In this document: positions 1-15,000 of the stretch, one piece after another
How positions within the stretch are numbered: the first letter of the stretch is position 1
Layout: each line of letters begins with the position of its first letter
Source: Auanema rhodensis
Taxonomy: Eukaryota > Animalia > Nematoda
Length of the DNA: 64,000 nt
NCBI GenBank assembly: GCA_964057225.1
Contig: OZ059900.1
Span: 13,020,001-13,084,000, forward strand
Reading direction: 5' to 3'
Notes under the pieces: generated by a model
What the model saw: only the letters and a program-made list of their open reading frames with translations
Told to the model about the DNA's origin: nothing
Database searches by the model: none
Position numbers and translations under genes: made by a program

Positions 1-3000
1 ATATTGCACACTCATGGTGTGCTTTCCAAAATGTATTTCCAACTCAGAAGTTCTCTGGTTAGATTGAGATACTACCTCTAACTTGGGTAATTAAACCAAA
101 TCTATTCAGGAAACTTATGAATTGTTCTAGCCTATCGCCGTATAAGTGATCAGTGTACAAAGCTATACAAAGCTTTATCCAGTCAAACTATAATGTAAAA
201 GACGCGTCATGTTCATATTCAAATTTGTTTTGCTTTGGCATCTATAGTGTCATATAATCATACTAAGACAGACAGTTTTCAATATTGCACACTCATGGTG
301 TGCTTTCCAAAATGTATTTCCAACTCAGAAGTTCTCTGGTTAGATTGAGATACTACCTCTAACTTGGGTAATTAAACCAAATCTATTATGGAAACTTATG
401 AACTGTTCTAGCCTATCGCCGTATAAGTGATCAGTGTACAAAGCTATACAAAGCTTTATCCGGTCAAACTATAATGTAAAAGACGCGTCATGTTCATACT
501 CAAATTTGTTTTGCTTTGGCATCTATAGGGTCATATAATCATACTAAGACAGACAGTTTTCAATATTGCACACTCATGGTGTGCTTTCCAAAATGTATTT
601 CCAACTCAGAAGTTCTCTGGTTAGATTGAGATACTACCTCTAACTTGGGTAATTAAACCAAATCTATTCAGGAAACTTATGAACTGTTCTAGCCTATCGC
701 CGTATAAGTGATCAGTGTACAAAGCTATACAAAGCTTTATCCAGTCAAACTATAATGTAAAAGACGCGTCATGTTCATATTCAAATTTGTTTTGCTTTGG
801 CATCTATAGGGTCATATAATCATACTAAGACAGACAGTTTTCAATATTGCACCTTCATGGTGTGCTTTCCAAAATGTATTTCCAACTCAGAAGTTCTCTG
901 GTTAGATTTAGATACTACCTCTAACTTGGGTAATTAAACCAAATCTATCCAGGAAACTTATGAACTGTTCTAGCCTATCGCCGTATATGTGATCAGTGTA
1001 CAAAGCTATACAAAGCTATACAAAGCTTTATCAGGTCAAACTATAATGTAAAAGACGCGTCATGTTCATATTCAAATTTGTTTTGCTTTGGCATCTATAG
1101 TGTCATATAATCATACTAAGACAGACAGTTTTCAATATTGCACACTCATGGTGTGCTTTCCAAAATGTATTTCCAACTCAGAAGTTCTCTGGTTAGATTG
1201 AAATACTACCTCTAACTTGGGTAATTAAACCAAATCTATTATGGAAACTTATGAACTGTTCTAGCCTATCGCCGTATAAGTGATCAATGTACAAAGCTAT
1301 ACAAAGCTTTATCCGGTCAAACTATAATGTAAAAGACGCGTCATGTTCATATTCAAATTTGTTTTGCTTTGGCATCTATAGGGTCATATAATCATACTAA
1401 GACAGACAGTTTTCAATATTGCACACTCATGGTGTGCTTTCCAAAATGTATTTCCAACTCAGAAGTTCTCTGGTTAGATTGAGATACTACCTCTAACTTG
1501 GGTAATTAAACCAAATCTATTCAGGAAACTTATGAACTGTTCTAGCCTATCGCCGTATATGTGATCAGTGTACAAAGCTATACAAAGCTTTATCCGGTCA
1601 AACTATAATGTAAAAGACGCGTCATGTTCATATTCAAATTTGTTTTGCTTTGGCATCTATAGGGTCATATAATCATACTAAGACAGGCAGTTTTCAATAT
1701 TGCACACTCATGGTGTGCTTTCCAAAATGTATTTCCAACTCAGAAGTTCTCTGGTTAGATTGAGATACTACCTCTAACTTGGGTAATTAAACCAAATCTA
1801 TTCAGGAAACTTATGAATTGTTCTAGCCTATCGCCGTATAAGTGATCAGTGTACAAAGCTATACAAAGCTTTATCCGGTCAAACTATAATGTAAAAGACG
1901 CGTCATGTTCATATTCAAATTTGTTTTGCTTTGGCATCTATAGGGTCATATAATCATACTAAGACAGGCAGTTTTCAATATTGCACACTCATGGTGTGCT
2001 TTCCAAAATGTATTTCCAACTCAGAAGTTCTCTGGTTAGATTGAGATACTACCTCTAACTTGGGTAATTAAACCAAATCTATTCAGGAAACTTATGAATT
2101 GTTCTAGCCTATCGCCGTATAAGTGATCAGTGTACAAAGCTATACAAAGCTTTATCCAGTCAAACTATAATGTAAAAGACGCGTCATGTTCATATTCAAA
2201 TTTGTTTTGCTTTGGCATCTATAGTGTCATATAATCATACTAAGACAGACAGTTTTCAATATTGCACACTCATGGTGTGCTTTCCAAAATGTATTTCCAA
2301 CTCAGAAGTTCTCTGGTTAGATTGAGATACTACCTCTAACTTGGGTAATTAAACCAAATCTATTCAGGAAACTTATGAACTGTTCTAGCCTATCGCCGTA
2401 TATGTGATCAGTGTACAAAGCTATACAAAGCTTTATCCGGTCAAACTATAATGTAAAAGACGCGTCATGTTCATATTCAAATTTGTTTTGCTTTGGCATC
2501 TATAGGGTCATATAATCATACTAAGACAGACAGTTTTCAATATTGCACACTCATGGTGTGCTTTCCAAAATGTATTTCCAACTCAGAAGTTCTCTGGTTA
2601 GATTGAGATACTACCTCTAACTTGGGTAATTAAACCAAATCTATTCAGGAAACTTATGAACTGTTCTAGCCTATCGCCGTATAAGTGATCAGTGTACAAA
2701 GCTATACAAAGCTTTATCCAGTCAAACTATAATGTAAAAGACGCGTCATGTTCATATTCGAATTTGTTTTGCTTTGGCATCTATAGGGTCATATAATCAT
2801 ACTAAGACAGACAGTTTTCAATATTGCACACTCATGGTGTGCTTTCCAAAATGTATTTCCAACTCAGAAGTTCTCTGGTTAGATTGAGATACTACCTCTA
2901 ACTTGGGTAATTAAACCAAATCTATTCAGGAAACTTATGAACTGTTCTAGCCTATCGCCGTATATGTGATCAGTGTACAAAGCTATACAAAGCTTTATCC

Positions 3001-6000
3001 AGTCAAACTATAATGTAAAAGACGCGTCATGTTCATATTCAAATTTGTTTTGCTTTGGCATCTATAGGGTCATATAATCATACTAAGACAGACAGTTTTC
3101 AATATTGCACACTCATGGTGTGCTTTCCAAAATGTATTTCCAACTCAAAAGTTCTCTGGTTTGATTGAGATACTACCTCTAACTTGGGTAATTAAACCAA
3201 ATCTATTCAGGAAACTTATGAACTGTTCTAGCCTATCGCCGTATAAGTGATCAGTGTACAAAGCTATACAAAGCTTTATCCAGTCAAACTATAATGTAAA
3301 AGACGCGTCATGTTCATATTCAAATTTGTTTTGCTTTGGCATCTATAGGGTCATATAATCATACTAAGACAGACAGTTTTCAATATTGCACACTCATGGT
3401 GTGCTTTCCAAAATGTATTTCCAACTCAGAAGTTCTCTGGTTAGATTGAGATACTACCTCTAACTTGGGTAATTAAACCAAATCTATTCAGGAAACTTAT
3501 GAACTGTTCTAGCCTATCGCCGTATATGTGATCAGTGTACAAAGCTATACAAAGCTTTATCCGGTCAAACTATAATGTAAAAGACGCGTCATGTTCATAT
3601 TCAAATTTGTTTTGCTTTGGCATCTATAGTGTCATATAATCATACTAAGACAGACAGTTTTCAATATTGCACACTCATGGTGTGCTTTCCAAAATGTATT
3701 TCCAACTCAGAAGTTCTCTGGTTAGATTGAGATACTACCTCTAACTTGGGTAATTAAACCAAATCTATTCAGGAAACTTATGAACTGTTCTAGCCTATCG
3801 CCGTATATGTGATCAGTGTACAAAGCTATACAAAGCTTTATCCGGTCAAACTATAATGTAAAAGACGCGTCATGTTCATATTCAAATTTGTTTTGCTTTG
3901 GCATCTATAGTGTTATATAATCATACTAAGACAGACAGTTTTCAATATTGCACACTCATGGTGTGCTTTCCAAAATGTATTTCCAACTCAGAAGTTCTCT
4001 GGTTAGATTGAGATACTACCTCTAACTTGGGTAATTAAACCAAATCTATTCAGGAAACTTATGAACTGTTCTAGCCTATCGCCGTATATGTGATCAGTGT
4101 ACAAAGCTATACAAAGCTTTATCCGGTCAAACTATAATGTAAAAGACGCGTCATGTTCATATTCAAATTTGTTTTGCTTTGGCATCTATAGTGTTATATA
4201 ATCATACTAAGACAGACAGTTTTCAATATTGCTCACTCATGGTGTGCTTTCCAAAATGTATTTCCAACTCAGAAGTTCTCTGGTTAGATTGAGATACTAC
4301 CTCTAACTTGGGTAATTAAACCAAATCTATTCAGGAAACTTATGAACTGTTCTAGCCTATCGCCGTATATGTGATCAGTGTACAAAGCTATACAAAGCTT
4401 TATCCGGTCAAACTATAATGTAAAAGACGCGTCATGTTCATATTCAAATTTGTTTTGCTTTGGCATCTATAGTGTCATATAATCATACTAAGACAGACAG
4501 TTTTCAATATTGCACACTCATGGTGTGCTTTCCAAAATGTATTTCCAACTCAGAAGTTCTCTGGTTAGATTGAGATACTACCTCTAACTTGGGTAATTAA
4601 ACCAAATCTATTCAGGAAACTTATGAACTGTTCTAGCCTATCGCCGTATATGTGATCAGTGTACAAAGCTATACAAAGCTTTATCCGGTCAAACTATAAT
4701 GTAAAAGACGCGTCATGTTCATATTCAAATTTGTTTTGCTTTGGCATCTATAGTGTTATATAATCATACTAAGACAGACAGTTTTCAATATTGCTCACTC
4801 ATGGTGTGCTTTCCAAAATGTATTTCCAACTCAGAAGTTCTCTGGTTAGATTGAGATACTACCTCTAACTTGGGTAATTAAACCAAATCTATTCAGGAAA
4901 CTTATGAACTGTTCTAGCCTATCGCCGTATATGTGATCAGTGTACAAAGCTATACAAAGCTTAATCCGGTCAAACTATAATGTAAAAGACGCGTCATGTT
5001 CATATTCAAATTTGTTTTGCTTTGGCATCTATAGGGTCATATAATCATACTAAGACAGACAGTTTTCAATATTGCACACTCATGGTGTGCTTTCCAAAAT
5101 GTATTTCCAACTCAGAAGTTCTCTGGTTAGATTGAAATACTACCTCTAACTTGGGTAATTAAACCAAATCTATTCAGGAAACTTATGAACTGTTCTAGCC
5201 TATCGCCGTATAAGTGATCAGTGTACAAAGCTATACAAAGCTTTATCCAGTCAAACTATAATGTAAAAGACGCGTCATGTTCATATTCGAATTTGTTTTG
5301 CTTTGGCATCTATAGGGTCATATAATCATACTAAGACAGACAGTTTTCAATATTGCACACTCATGGTGTGCTTTCCAAAATGTATTTCCAACTCAGAAGT
5401 TCTCTGGTTAGATTGAGATACTACCTCTAACTTGGGTAATTAAACCAAATCTATTCAGGAAACTTATGAACTGTTCTAGCCTATCGCCGTATATGTGATC
5501 AGTGTACAAAGCTATACAAAGCTTTATCCAGTCAAACTATAATGTAAAAGACGCGTCATGTTCATATTCAAATTTGTTTTGCTTTGGCATCTATAGGGTC
5601 ATATAATCATACTAAGACAGACAGTTTTCAATATTGCACACTCATGGTGTGCTTTCCAAAATGTATTTCCAACTCAGAAGTTCTCTGGTTTGATTGAGAT
5701 ACTACCTCTAACTTGGGTAATTAAACCAAATCTATTCAGGAAACTTATGAACTGTTCTAGCCTATCGCCGTATAAGTGATCAGTGTACAAAGCTATACAA
5801 AGCTTTATCCAGTCAAACTATAATGTAAAAGACGCGTCATGTTCATATTCAAATTTGTTTTGCTTTGGCATCTATAGGGTCATATAATCATACTAAGACA
5901 GACAGTTTTCAATATTGCACACTCATGGTGTGCTTTCCAAAATGTATTTCCAACTCAGAAGTTCTCTGGTTAGATTGAGATACTACCTCTAACTTGGGTA

Positions 6001-9000
6001 ATTAAACCAAATCTATTCAGGAAACTTATGAACTGTTCTAGCCTATCGCCGTATATGTGATCAGTGTACAAAGCTATACAAAGCTTTATCCGGTCAAACT
6101 ATAATGTAAAAGACGCGTCATGTTCATATTCAAATTTGTTTTGCTTTGGCATCTATAGGGTCATATAATCATACTAAGACAGACAGTTTTCAATATTGCA
6201 CACTCATGGTGTGCTTTCCAAAATGTATTTCCAACTCAGAAGTTCTCTGGTTTGATTGAGATACTACCTCTAACTTGGGTAATTAAACCAAATCTATTCA
6301 GGAAACTTATGAACTGTTCTAGCCTATCGCCGTATAAGTGATCAGTGTACAAAGCTATACAAAGCTTTATCCAGTCAAACTATAATGTAAAAGACGCGTC
6401 ATGTTCATATTCAAATTTGTTTTGCTTTGGCATCTATAGTGTCCTATAATCATACTAAGACAGACAGTTTTCAATATTGCACACTCATGGTGTGCTTTCC
6501 AAAATGTATTTCCAACTCAGAAGTTCTCTGGTTTGATTGAGATACTACCTCTATCTTCGGTAATTAAACCAAATCTATTCAGGAAACTTATAAACTGTTC
6601 TAGCCTATCGCCGTATATGTGATCAGTGTACAAAGCTATACAAAGCTTAATCCGGTCAAACTATAATGTAAAAGACGCGTCATGTTCATATTCAAATTTG
6701 TTTTGCTTTGGCATCTATAGGGTCATATAATCATACTAAGACAGACAGTTTTCAATATTGCACACTCATGGTGTGCTTTCCAAAATGTATTTCCAACTCA
6801 GAAGTTCTCTGGTTAGATTGAGATACTACCTCTAACTTGGGTAATTAAACCAAATCTATTCAGGAAACTTATGAACTGTTCTAGCCTATCGCCGTATATG
6901 TGATCAGTGTACAAAGCTATACAAAGCTTTATCCGGTCAAACTATAATGTAAAAGACGCGTCATGTTCATATTCAAATTTGTTTTGCTTTGGCATCTATA
7001 GTGTCATATAATCATACTAAGACAGACAGTTTTCAATATTGCACACTCATGGTGTGCTTTCCAAAATGTATTTCCAACTCAGAAGTTCTCTGGTTAGATT
7101 GAGATACTACCTCTAACTTGGGTAATTAAACCAAATCTATTCAGGAAACTTATGAACTGTTCTAGCCTATCGCCGTATATGTGATCAGTGTACAAAGCTA
7201 TACAAAGCTTTATCCGGTCAAACTATAATGTAAAAGACGCGTCATGTTCATATTCAAATTTGTTTTGCTTTGGCATCTATAGTGTTATATAATCATACTA
7301 AGACAGACAGTTTTCAATATTGCTCACTCATGGTGTGCTTTCCAAAATGTATTTCCAACTCAGAAGTTCTCTGGTTAGATTGAGATACTACCTCTAACTT
7401 GGGTAATTAAACCAAATCTATTCAGGAAACTTATGAACTGTTCTAGCCTATCGCCGTATATGTGATCAGTGTACAAAGCTATACAAAGCTTAATCCGGTC
7501 AAACTATAATGTAAAAGACGCGTCATGTTCATATTCAAATTTGTTTTGCTTTGGCATCTATAGGGTCATATAATCATACTAAGACAGACAGTTTTCAATA
7601 TTGCACACTCATGGTGTGCTTTCCAAAATGTATTTCCAACTCAGAAGTTCTCTGGTTAGATTGAAATACTACCTCTAACTTGGGTAATTAAACCAAATCT
7701 ATTCAGGAAACTTATGAACTGTTCTAGCCTATCGCCGTATAAGTGATCAGTGTACAAAGCTATACAAAGCTTTATCCAGTCAAACTATAATGTAAAAGAC
7801 GCGTCATGTTCATATTCGAATTTGTTTTGCTTTGGCATCTATAGGGTCATATAATCATACTAAGACAGACAGTTTTCAATATTGCACACTCATGGTGTGC
7901 TTTCCAAAATGTATTTCCAACTCAGAAGTTCTCTGGTTAGATTGAGATACTACCTCTAACTTGGGTAATTAAACCAAATCTATTCAGGAAACTTATGAAC
8001 TGTTCTAGCCTATCGCCGTATATGTGATCAGTGTACAAAGCTATACAAAGCTTTATCCAGTCAAACTATAATGTAAAAGACGCGTCATGTTCATATTCAA
8101 ATTTGTTTTGCTTTGGCATCTATAGGGTCATATAATCATACTAAGACAGACAGTTTTCAATATTGCACACTCATGGTGTGCTTTCCAAAATGTATTTCCA
8201 ACTCAGAAGTTCTCTGGTTTGATTGAGATACTACCTCTAACTTGGGTAATTAAACCAAATCTATTCAGGAAACTTATGAACTGTTCTAGCCTATCGCCGT
8301 ATAAGTGATCAGTGTACAAAGCTATACAAAGCTTTATCCAGTCAAACTATAATGTAAAAGACGCGTCATGTTCATATTCAAATTTGTTTTGCTTTGGCAT
8401 CTATAGGGTCATATAATCATACTAAGACAGACAGTTTTCAATATTGCACACTCATGGTGTGCTTTCCAAAATGTATTTCCAACTCAGAAGTTCTCTGGTT
8501 AGATTGAGATACTACCTCTAACTTGGGTAATTAAACCAAATCTATTCAGGAAACTTATGAACTGTTCTAGCCTATCGCCGTATATGTGATCAGTGTACAA
8601 AGCTATACAAAGCTTTATCCGGTCAAACTATAATGTAAAAGACGCGTCATGTTCATATTCAAATTTGTTTTGCTTTGGCATCTATAGGGTCATATAATCA
8701 TACTAAGACAGACAGTTTTCAATATTGCACACTCATGGTGTGCTTTCCAAAATGTATTTCCAACTCAGAAGTTCTCTGGTTTGATTGAGATACTACCTCT
8801 AACTTGGGTAATTAAACCAAATCTATTCAGGAAACTTATGAACTGTTCTAGCCTATCGCCGTATAAGTGATCAGTGTACAAAGCTATACAAAGCTTTATC
8901 CGGTCAAACTATAATGTAAAAGACGCGTCATGTTCATATTCAAATTTGTTTTGCTTTGGCATCTATAGGGTCATATAATCATACTAAGACAGACAGTTTT

Positions 9001-12000
9001 CAATATTGCACACTCATGGTGTGCTTTCCAAAATGTATTTCCAACTCAGAAGTTCTCTGGTTAGATTGAAATACTACCTCTAACTTGGGTAATTAAACCA
9101 AATCTATTCAGGAAACTTATGAACTGTTCTAGCCTATCGCCGTATAAGTGATCAGTGTACAAAGCTATACAAAGCTTTATCCAGTCAAACTATAATGTAA
9201 AAGACGCGTCATGTTCATATTCGAATTTGTTTTGCTTTGGCATCTATAGGGTCATATAATCATACTAAGACAGACAGTTTTCAATATTGCACACTCATGG
9301 TGTGCTTTCCAAAATGTATTTCCAACTCAGAAGTTCTCTGGTTAGATTGAGATACTACCTCTAACTTGGGTAATTAAACCAAATCTATTCAGGAAACTTA
9401 TGAACTGTTCTAGCCTATCGCCGTATATGTGATCAGTGTACAAAGCTATACAAAGCTTTATCCAGTCAAACTATAATGTAAAAGACGCGTCATGTTCATA
9501 TTCAAATTTGTTTTGCTTTGGCATCTATAGGGTCATATAATCATACTAAGACAGACAGTTTTCAATATTGCACACTCATGGTGTGCTTTCCAAAATGTAT
9601 TTCCAACTCAGAAGTTCTCTGGTTTGATTGAGATACTACCTCTAACTTGGGTAATTAAACCAAATCTATTCAGGAAACTTATGAACTGTTCTAGCCTATC
9701 GCCGTATAAGTGATCAGTGTACAAAGCTATACAAAGCTTTATCCAGTCAAACTATAATGTAAAAGACGCGTCATGTTCATATTCAAATTTGTTTTGCTTT
9801 GGCATCTATAGGGTCATATAATCATACTAAGACAGACAGTTTTCAATATTGCACACTCATGGTGTGCTTTCCAAAATGTATTTCCAACTCAGAAGTTCTC
9901 TGGTTAGATTGAGATACTACCTCTAACTTGGGTAATTAAACCAAATCTATTCAGGAAACTTATGAACTGTTCTAGCCTATCGCCGTATATGTGATCAGTG
10001 TACAAAGCTATACAAAGCTTTATCCGGTCAAACTATAATGTAAAAGACGCGTCATGTTCATATTCAAATTTGTTTTGCTTTGGCATCTATAGGGTCATAT
10101 AATCATACTAAGACAGACAGTTTTCAATATTGCACACTCATGGTGTGCTTTCCAAAATGTATTTCCAACTCAGAAGTTCTCTGGTTTGATTGAGATACTA
10201 CCTCTAACTTGGGTAATTAAACCAAATCTATTCAGGAAACTTATGAACTGTTCTAGCCTATCGCCGTATAAGTGATCAGTGTACAAAGCTATACAAAGCT
10301 TTATCCAGTCAAACTATAATGTAAAAGACGCGTCATGTTCATATTCAAATTTGTTTTGCTTTGGCATCTATAGTGTCCTATAATCATACTAAGACAGACA
10401 GTTTTCAATATTGCACACTCATGGTGTGCTTTCCAAAATGTATTTCCAACTCAGAAGTTCTCTGGTTTGATTGAGATACTACCTCTAACTTCGGTAATTA
10501 AACCAAATCTATTCAGGAAACTTATAAACTGTTCTAGCCTATCGCTGTATATGTGATCAGTGTACAAAGCTATACAAAGCTTTATCCGGTCAAACTATAA
10601 TGTAAAAGACGCGTCATGTTCATATTCAAATTTGTTTTGCTTTGGCATCTATAGGGTCATATAATCATACTAAGACAGACAGTTTTCAATATTGCACACT
10701 CATGGTGTGCTTTCCAAAATGTATTTCCAACTCAGAAGTTCTCTGGTTAGATTGAGATACTACCTCTAACTTGGGTAATTAAACCAAATCTATTCAGGAA
10801 ACTTATGAACTGTTCTAGCCTATCGCCGTATATGTGATCAGTGTACAAAGCTATACAAAGCTTTATCCGGTCAAACTATAATGTAAAAGACGCGTCATGT
10901 TCATATTCAAATTTGTTTTGCTTTGGCATCTATAGGGTCATATAATCATACTAAGACAGACAGTTTTCAATATTGCACACTCATGGTGTGCTTTCCAAAA
11001 TGTATTTCCAACTCAGAAGTTCTCTGGTTAGATTGAGATACTACCTCTAACTTGGGTAATTAAACCAAATCTATTCAGGAAACTTATGAACTGTTCTAGC
11101 CTATCGCCGTATAAGTGATCAGTGTACAAAGCTATACAAAGCTTTATCCAGTCAAACTATAATGTAAAAGACGCGTCATGTTCATATTCAAATTTGTTTT
11201 GCTTTGGCATCTATAGTGTCATATAACCATACTAAGACAAACAGTTTTCAATATTGCACACTCATGGTGTGCTTTCCAAAATGTATTTCCAACTCAGAAG
11301 TTCTCTGGTTTGATTGAGATACTACCTCTAACTTGGGTAATTAAACCAAATCTATTCAGGAAACTTATGAACTGTTCTAGCCTATCGCCGTATATGTGAT
11401 CAGTGTACAAAGCTATACAAAGCTTTATCCGGTCAAACTATAATGTAAAAGACGCGTCATGTTCATATTCAAATTTGTTTTGCTTTGGCATCTATAGTGT
11501 CATATAATCATACTAAGACAGGCAGTTTTCAATATTGCACACTCATGGTGTGCTTTCCAAAATGTATTTCCAACTCAGAAGTTCTCTGGTTAGATTGAGA
11601 TACTACCTCTAACTTGGGTAATTAAACCAAATCTATTCAGGAAACTTATGAACTGTTCTAGCCTATCGCCGTATATGTGATCAGTGTACAAAGCTATACA
11701 AAGCTTTATCCGGTCAAACTATAATGTAAAAGACGCGTCATGTTCATATTCAAATTTGTTTTGCTTTGGCATCTATAGTGTCATATAATCATACTAAGAC
11801 AGACAGTTTTCAATATTGCACACTCATGGTGTGCTTTCCAAAATGTATTTCCAACTCAGAAGTTCTCTGGTTAGATTGAGATACTACCTCTAACTTGGGT
11901 AATTAAACCAAATCTATTCAGGAAACTTATGAACTGTTCTAGCCTATCGCCGTATATGTGATCAGTGTACAAAGCTATACAAAGCTTTATCCAGTCAAAC

Positions 12001-15000
12001 TATAATGTAAAAGACGCGTCATGTTCATATTCAAATTTGTTTTGCTTTGGCATCTATAGTGTCATATAATCATACTAAGACAGACAGTTTTCAATATTGC
12101 ACACTCATGGTGTGCTTTCCAAAATGTATTTCCAACTCAGAAGTTCTCTGGTTAGATTGAGATACTACCTCTAACTTGGGTAATTAAACCAAATCTATTC
12201 AGGAAACTTATGAACTGTTCTAGCCTATCGCCGTATATGTGATCAGTGTACAAAGCTATACAAAGCTTTATCCGGTCAAACTATAATGTAAAAGACGCGT
12301 CATGTTCATATTCAAATTTGTTTTGCTTTGGCATCTATAGGGTCATATAATCATACTAAGACAGACAGTTTTCAATATTGCACACTCATGGTGTGCTTTC
12401 CAAAATGTGTTTCCAACTCAGAAGTTCTCTGGTTTGATTGAGATACTACCTCTAACTTGGGTAATTAAATAAAATCTATTCAGGAAACTTATGAACTGTT
12501 CTAGCCTATCGCCGTATATGTGATCAGTGTACAAAGCTATACAAAGCTTTATCCGGTCAAACTATAATGTAAAAGACGCGTCATGTTCATATTCAAATTT
12601 GTTTTGCTTTGGCATCTATAGGGTCATATAATCATACTAAGACAGACAGTTTTCAATATTGCACACTCATGGTGTGCTTTCCAAAATGTATTTCCAACTC
12701 AGAAGTTCTCTGGTTTGATTGAGATACTACCTCTAACTTGGGTAATTAAACCAAATCTATTCAGGAAACTTATGAACTGTTCTAGCCTATCGCCGTATAA
12801 GTGATCAGTGTACAAAGCTATACAAAGCTTTATCCAGTCAAACTATAATGTAAAAGACGCGTCATGTTCATATTCAAATTTGTTTTGCTTTGGCATCTAT
12901 AGTGTCATATAATCATACTAAGACAGACAGTTTTCAATATTGCACACTCATGGTGTGCTTTCCAAAATGTATTTCCAACTCAGAAGTTCTCTGGTTAGAT
13001 TGAGATACTACCTCTAACTTGGGTAATTAAACCAAATCTATTCAGAAAACTTATGAACTGTTCTAGCCTATCGCCGTATAAGTGATCAGTGTACAAAGCT
13101 ATACAAAGCTTTATCCAGTCAAACTATAATGTAAAAGACGCGTCATGTTCATATTCGAATTTGTTTTGCTTTGGCATCTATAGTGTCATATAATCATACT
13201 AAGACAGACAGTTTTCAATATTGCACACTCATGGTGTGCTTTCCAAAATGTATTTCCAACTCAGAAGTTCTCTGGTTAGATTGAGATACTACCTCTAACT
13301 TGGGTAATTAAACCAAATCTATTCAGGAAACTTATGAACTGTTCTAGCCTATCGCCGTATATGTGATCAGTGTACAAAGCTATACAAAGCTTTATCCGGT
13401 CAAACTATAATGTAAAAGACGCGTCATGTTCATATTCAAATTTGTTTTGCTTTGGCATCTATAGGGTCATATAATCATACTAAGACAGACAGTTTTCAAT
13501 ATTGCACACTCATGGTGTGCTTTCCAAAATGTGTTTCCAACTCAGAAGTTCTCTGGTTTGATTGAGATACTACCTCTAACTTGGGTAATTAAATAAAATC
13601 TATTCAGGAAACTTATGAACTGTTCTAGCCTATCGCCGTATATGTGATCAGTGTACAAAGCTATACAAAGCTTTATCCGGTCAAACTATAATGTAAAAGA
13701 CGCGTCATGTTCATATTCAAATTTGTTTTGCTTTGGCATCTATAGGGTCATATAATCATACTAAGACAGACAGTTTTCAATATTGCACACTCATGGTGTG
13801 CTTTCCAAAATGTATTTCCAACTCAGAAGTTCTCTGGTTTGATTGAGATACTACCTCTAACTTGGGTAATTAAACCAAATCTATTAAGGAAACTTATGAA
13901 CTGTTCTAGCCTATCGCCGTATAAGTGATCAGTGTACAAAGCTATACAAAGCTTTATCCAGTCAAACTATAATGTAAAAGACGCGTCATGTTCATATTCA
14001 AATTTGTTTTGCTTTGGCATCTATAGTGTCATATAATCATACTAAGACAAACAGTTTTCAATATTGCACACTCATGGTGTGCTTTCCAAAATGTATTTCC
14101 AACTCAGAAGTTCTCTGGTTAGATTGAGATACTACCTCTAACTTGGGTAATTAAACCAAATCTATTCAGGAAACTTATGAACTGTTCTAGCCTATCGCCG
14201 TATAAGTGATCAGTGTACAAAGCTATACAAAGCTTTATCCAGTCAAACTATAATGTAAAAGACGCGTCATGTTCATATTCAAATTTGTTTTGCTTTGGCA
14301 TCTATAGTGTCATATAATCATACTAAGACAAACAGTTTTCAATATTGCACACTCATGGTGTGCTTTCCAAAATGTATTTCCAACTCAGAAGTTCTCTGGT
14401 TAGATTGAGATACTACCTCTAACTTGGGTAATTAAACCAAATCTATTCAGGAAACTTATGAACTGTTCTAGCCTATCGCCGTATATGTGATCAGTGTACA
14501 AAGCTATACAAAGCTTTATCCGGTCAAACTATAATGTAAAAGACGCGTCATGTTCATATTCAAATTTGTTTTGCTTTGGCATCTATAGGGTCATATAATC
14601 ATACTAAGACAAACAGTTTTCAATATTGCACACTCATGGTGTGCTTTCCAAAATGTGTTTCCAACTCAGAAGTTCTCTGGTTTGATTGAGATACTACCTC
14701 TAACTTGGGTAATTAAATAAAATCTATTCAGGAAACTTATGAACTGTTCTAGCCTATCGCCGTATATGTGATCAGTGTACAAAGCTATACAAAGCTTTAT
14801 CCGGTCAAACTATAATGTAAAAGACGCGTCATGTTCATATTCAAATTTGTTTTGCTTTGGCATCTATAGGGTCATATAATCATACTAAGACAGACAGTTT
14901 TCAATATTGCACACTCATGGTGTGCTTTCCAAAATGTATTTCCAACTCAGAAGTTCTCTGGTTTGATTGAGATACTACCTCTAACTTGGGTAATTAAACC

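Noticed and set aside
1-281. Monomer as an ancient dimer of ~140-bp subunits
   Set aside because: No convincing similarity between the two halves by eye; only the 10-bp TACAAAGCT dimer and a short TTTCCAA repeat are evident.
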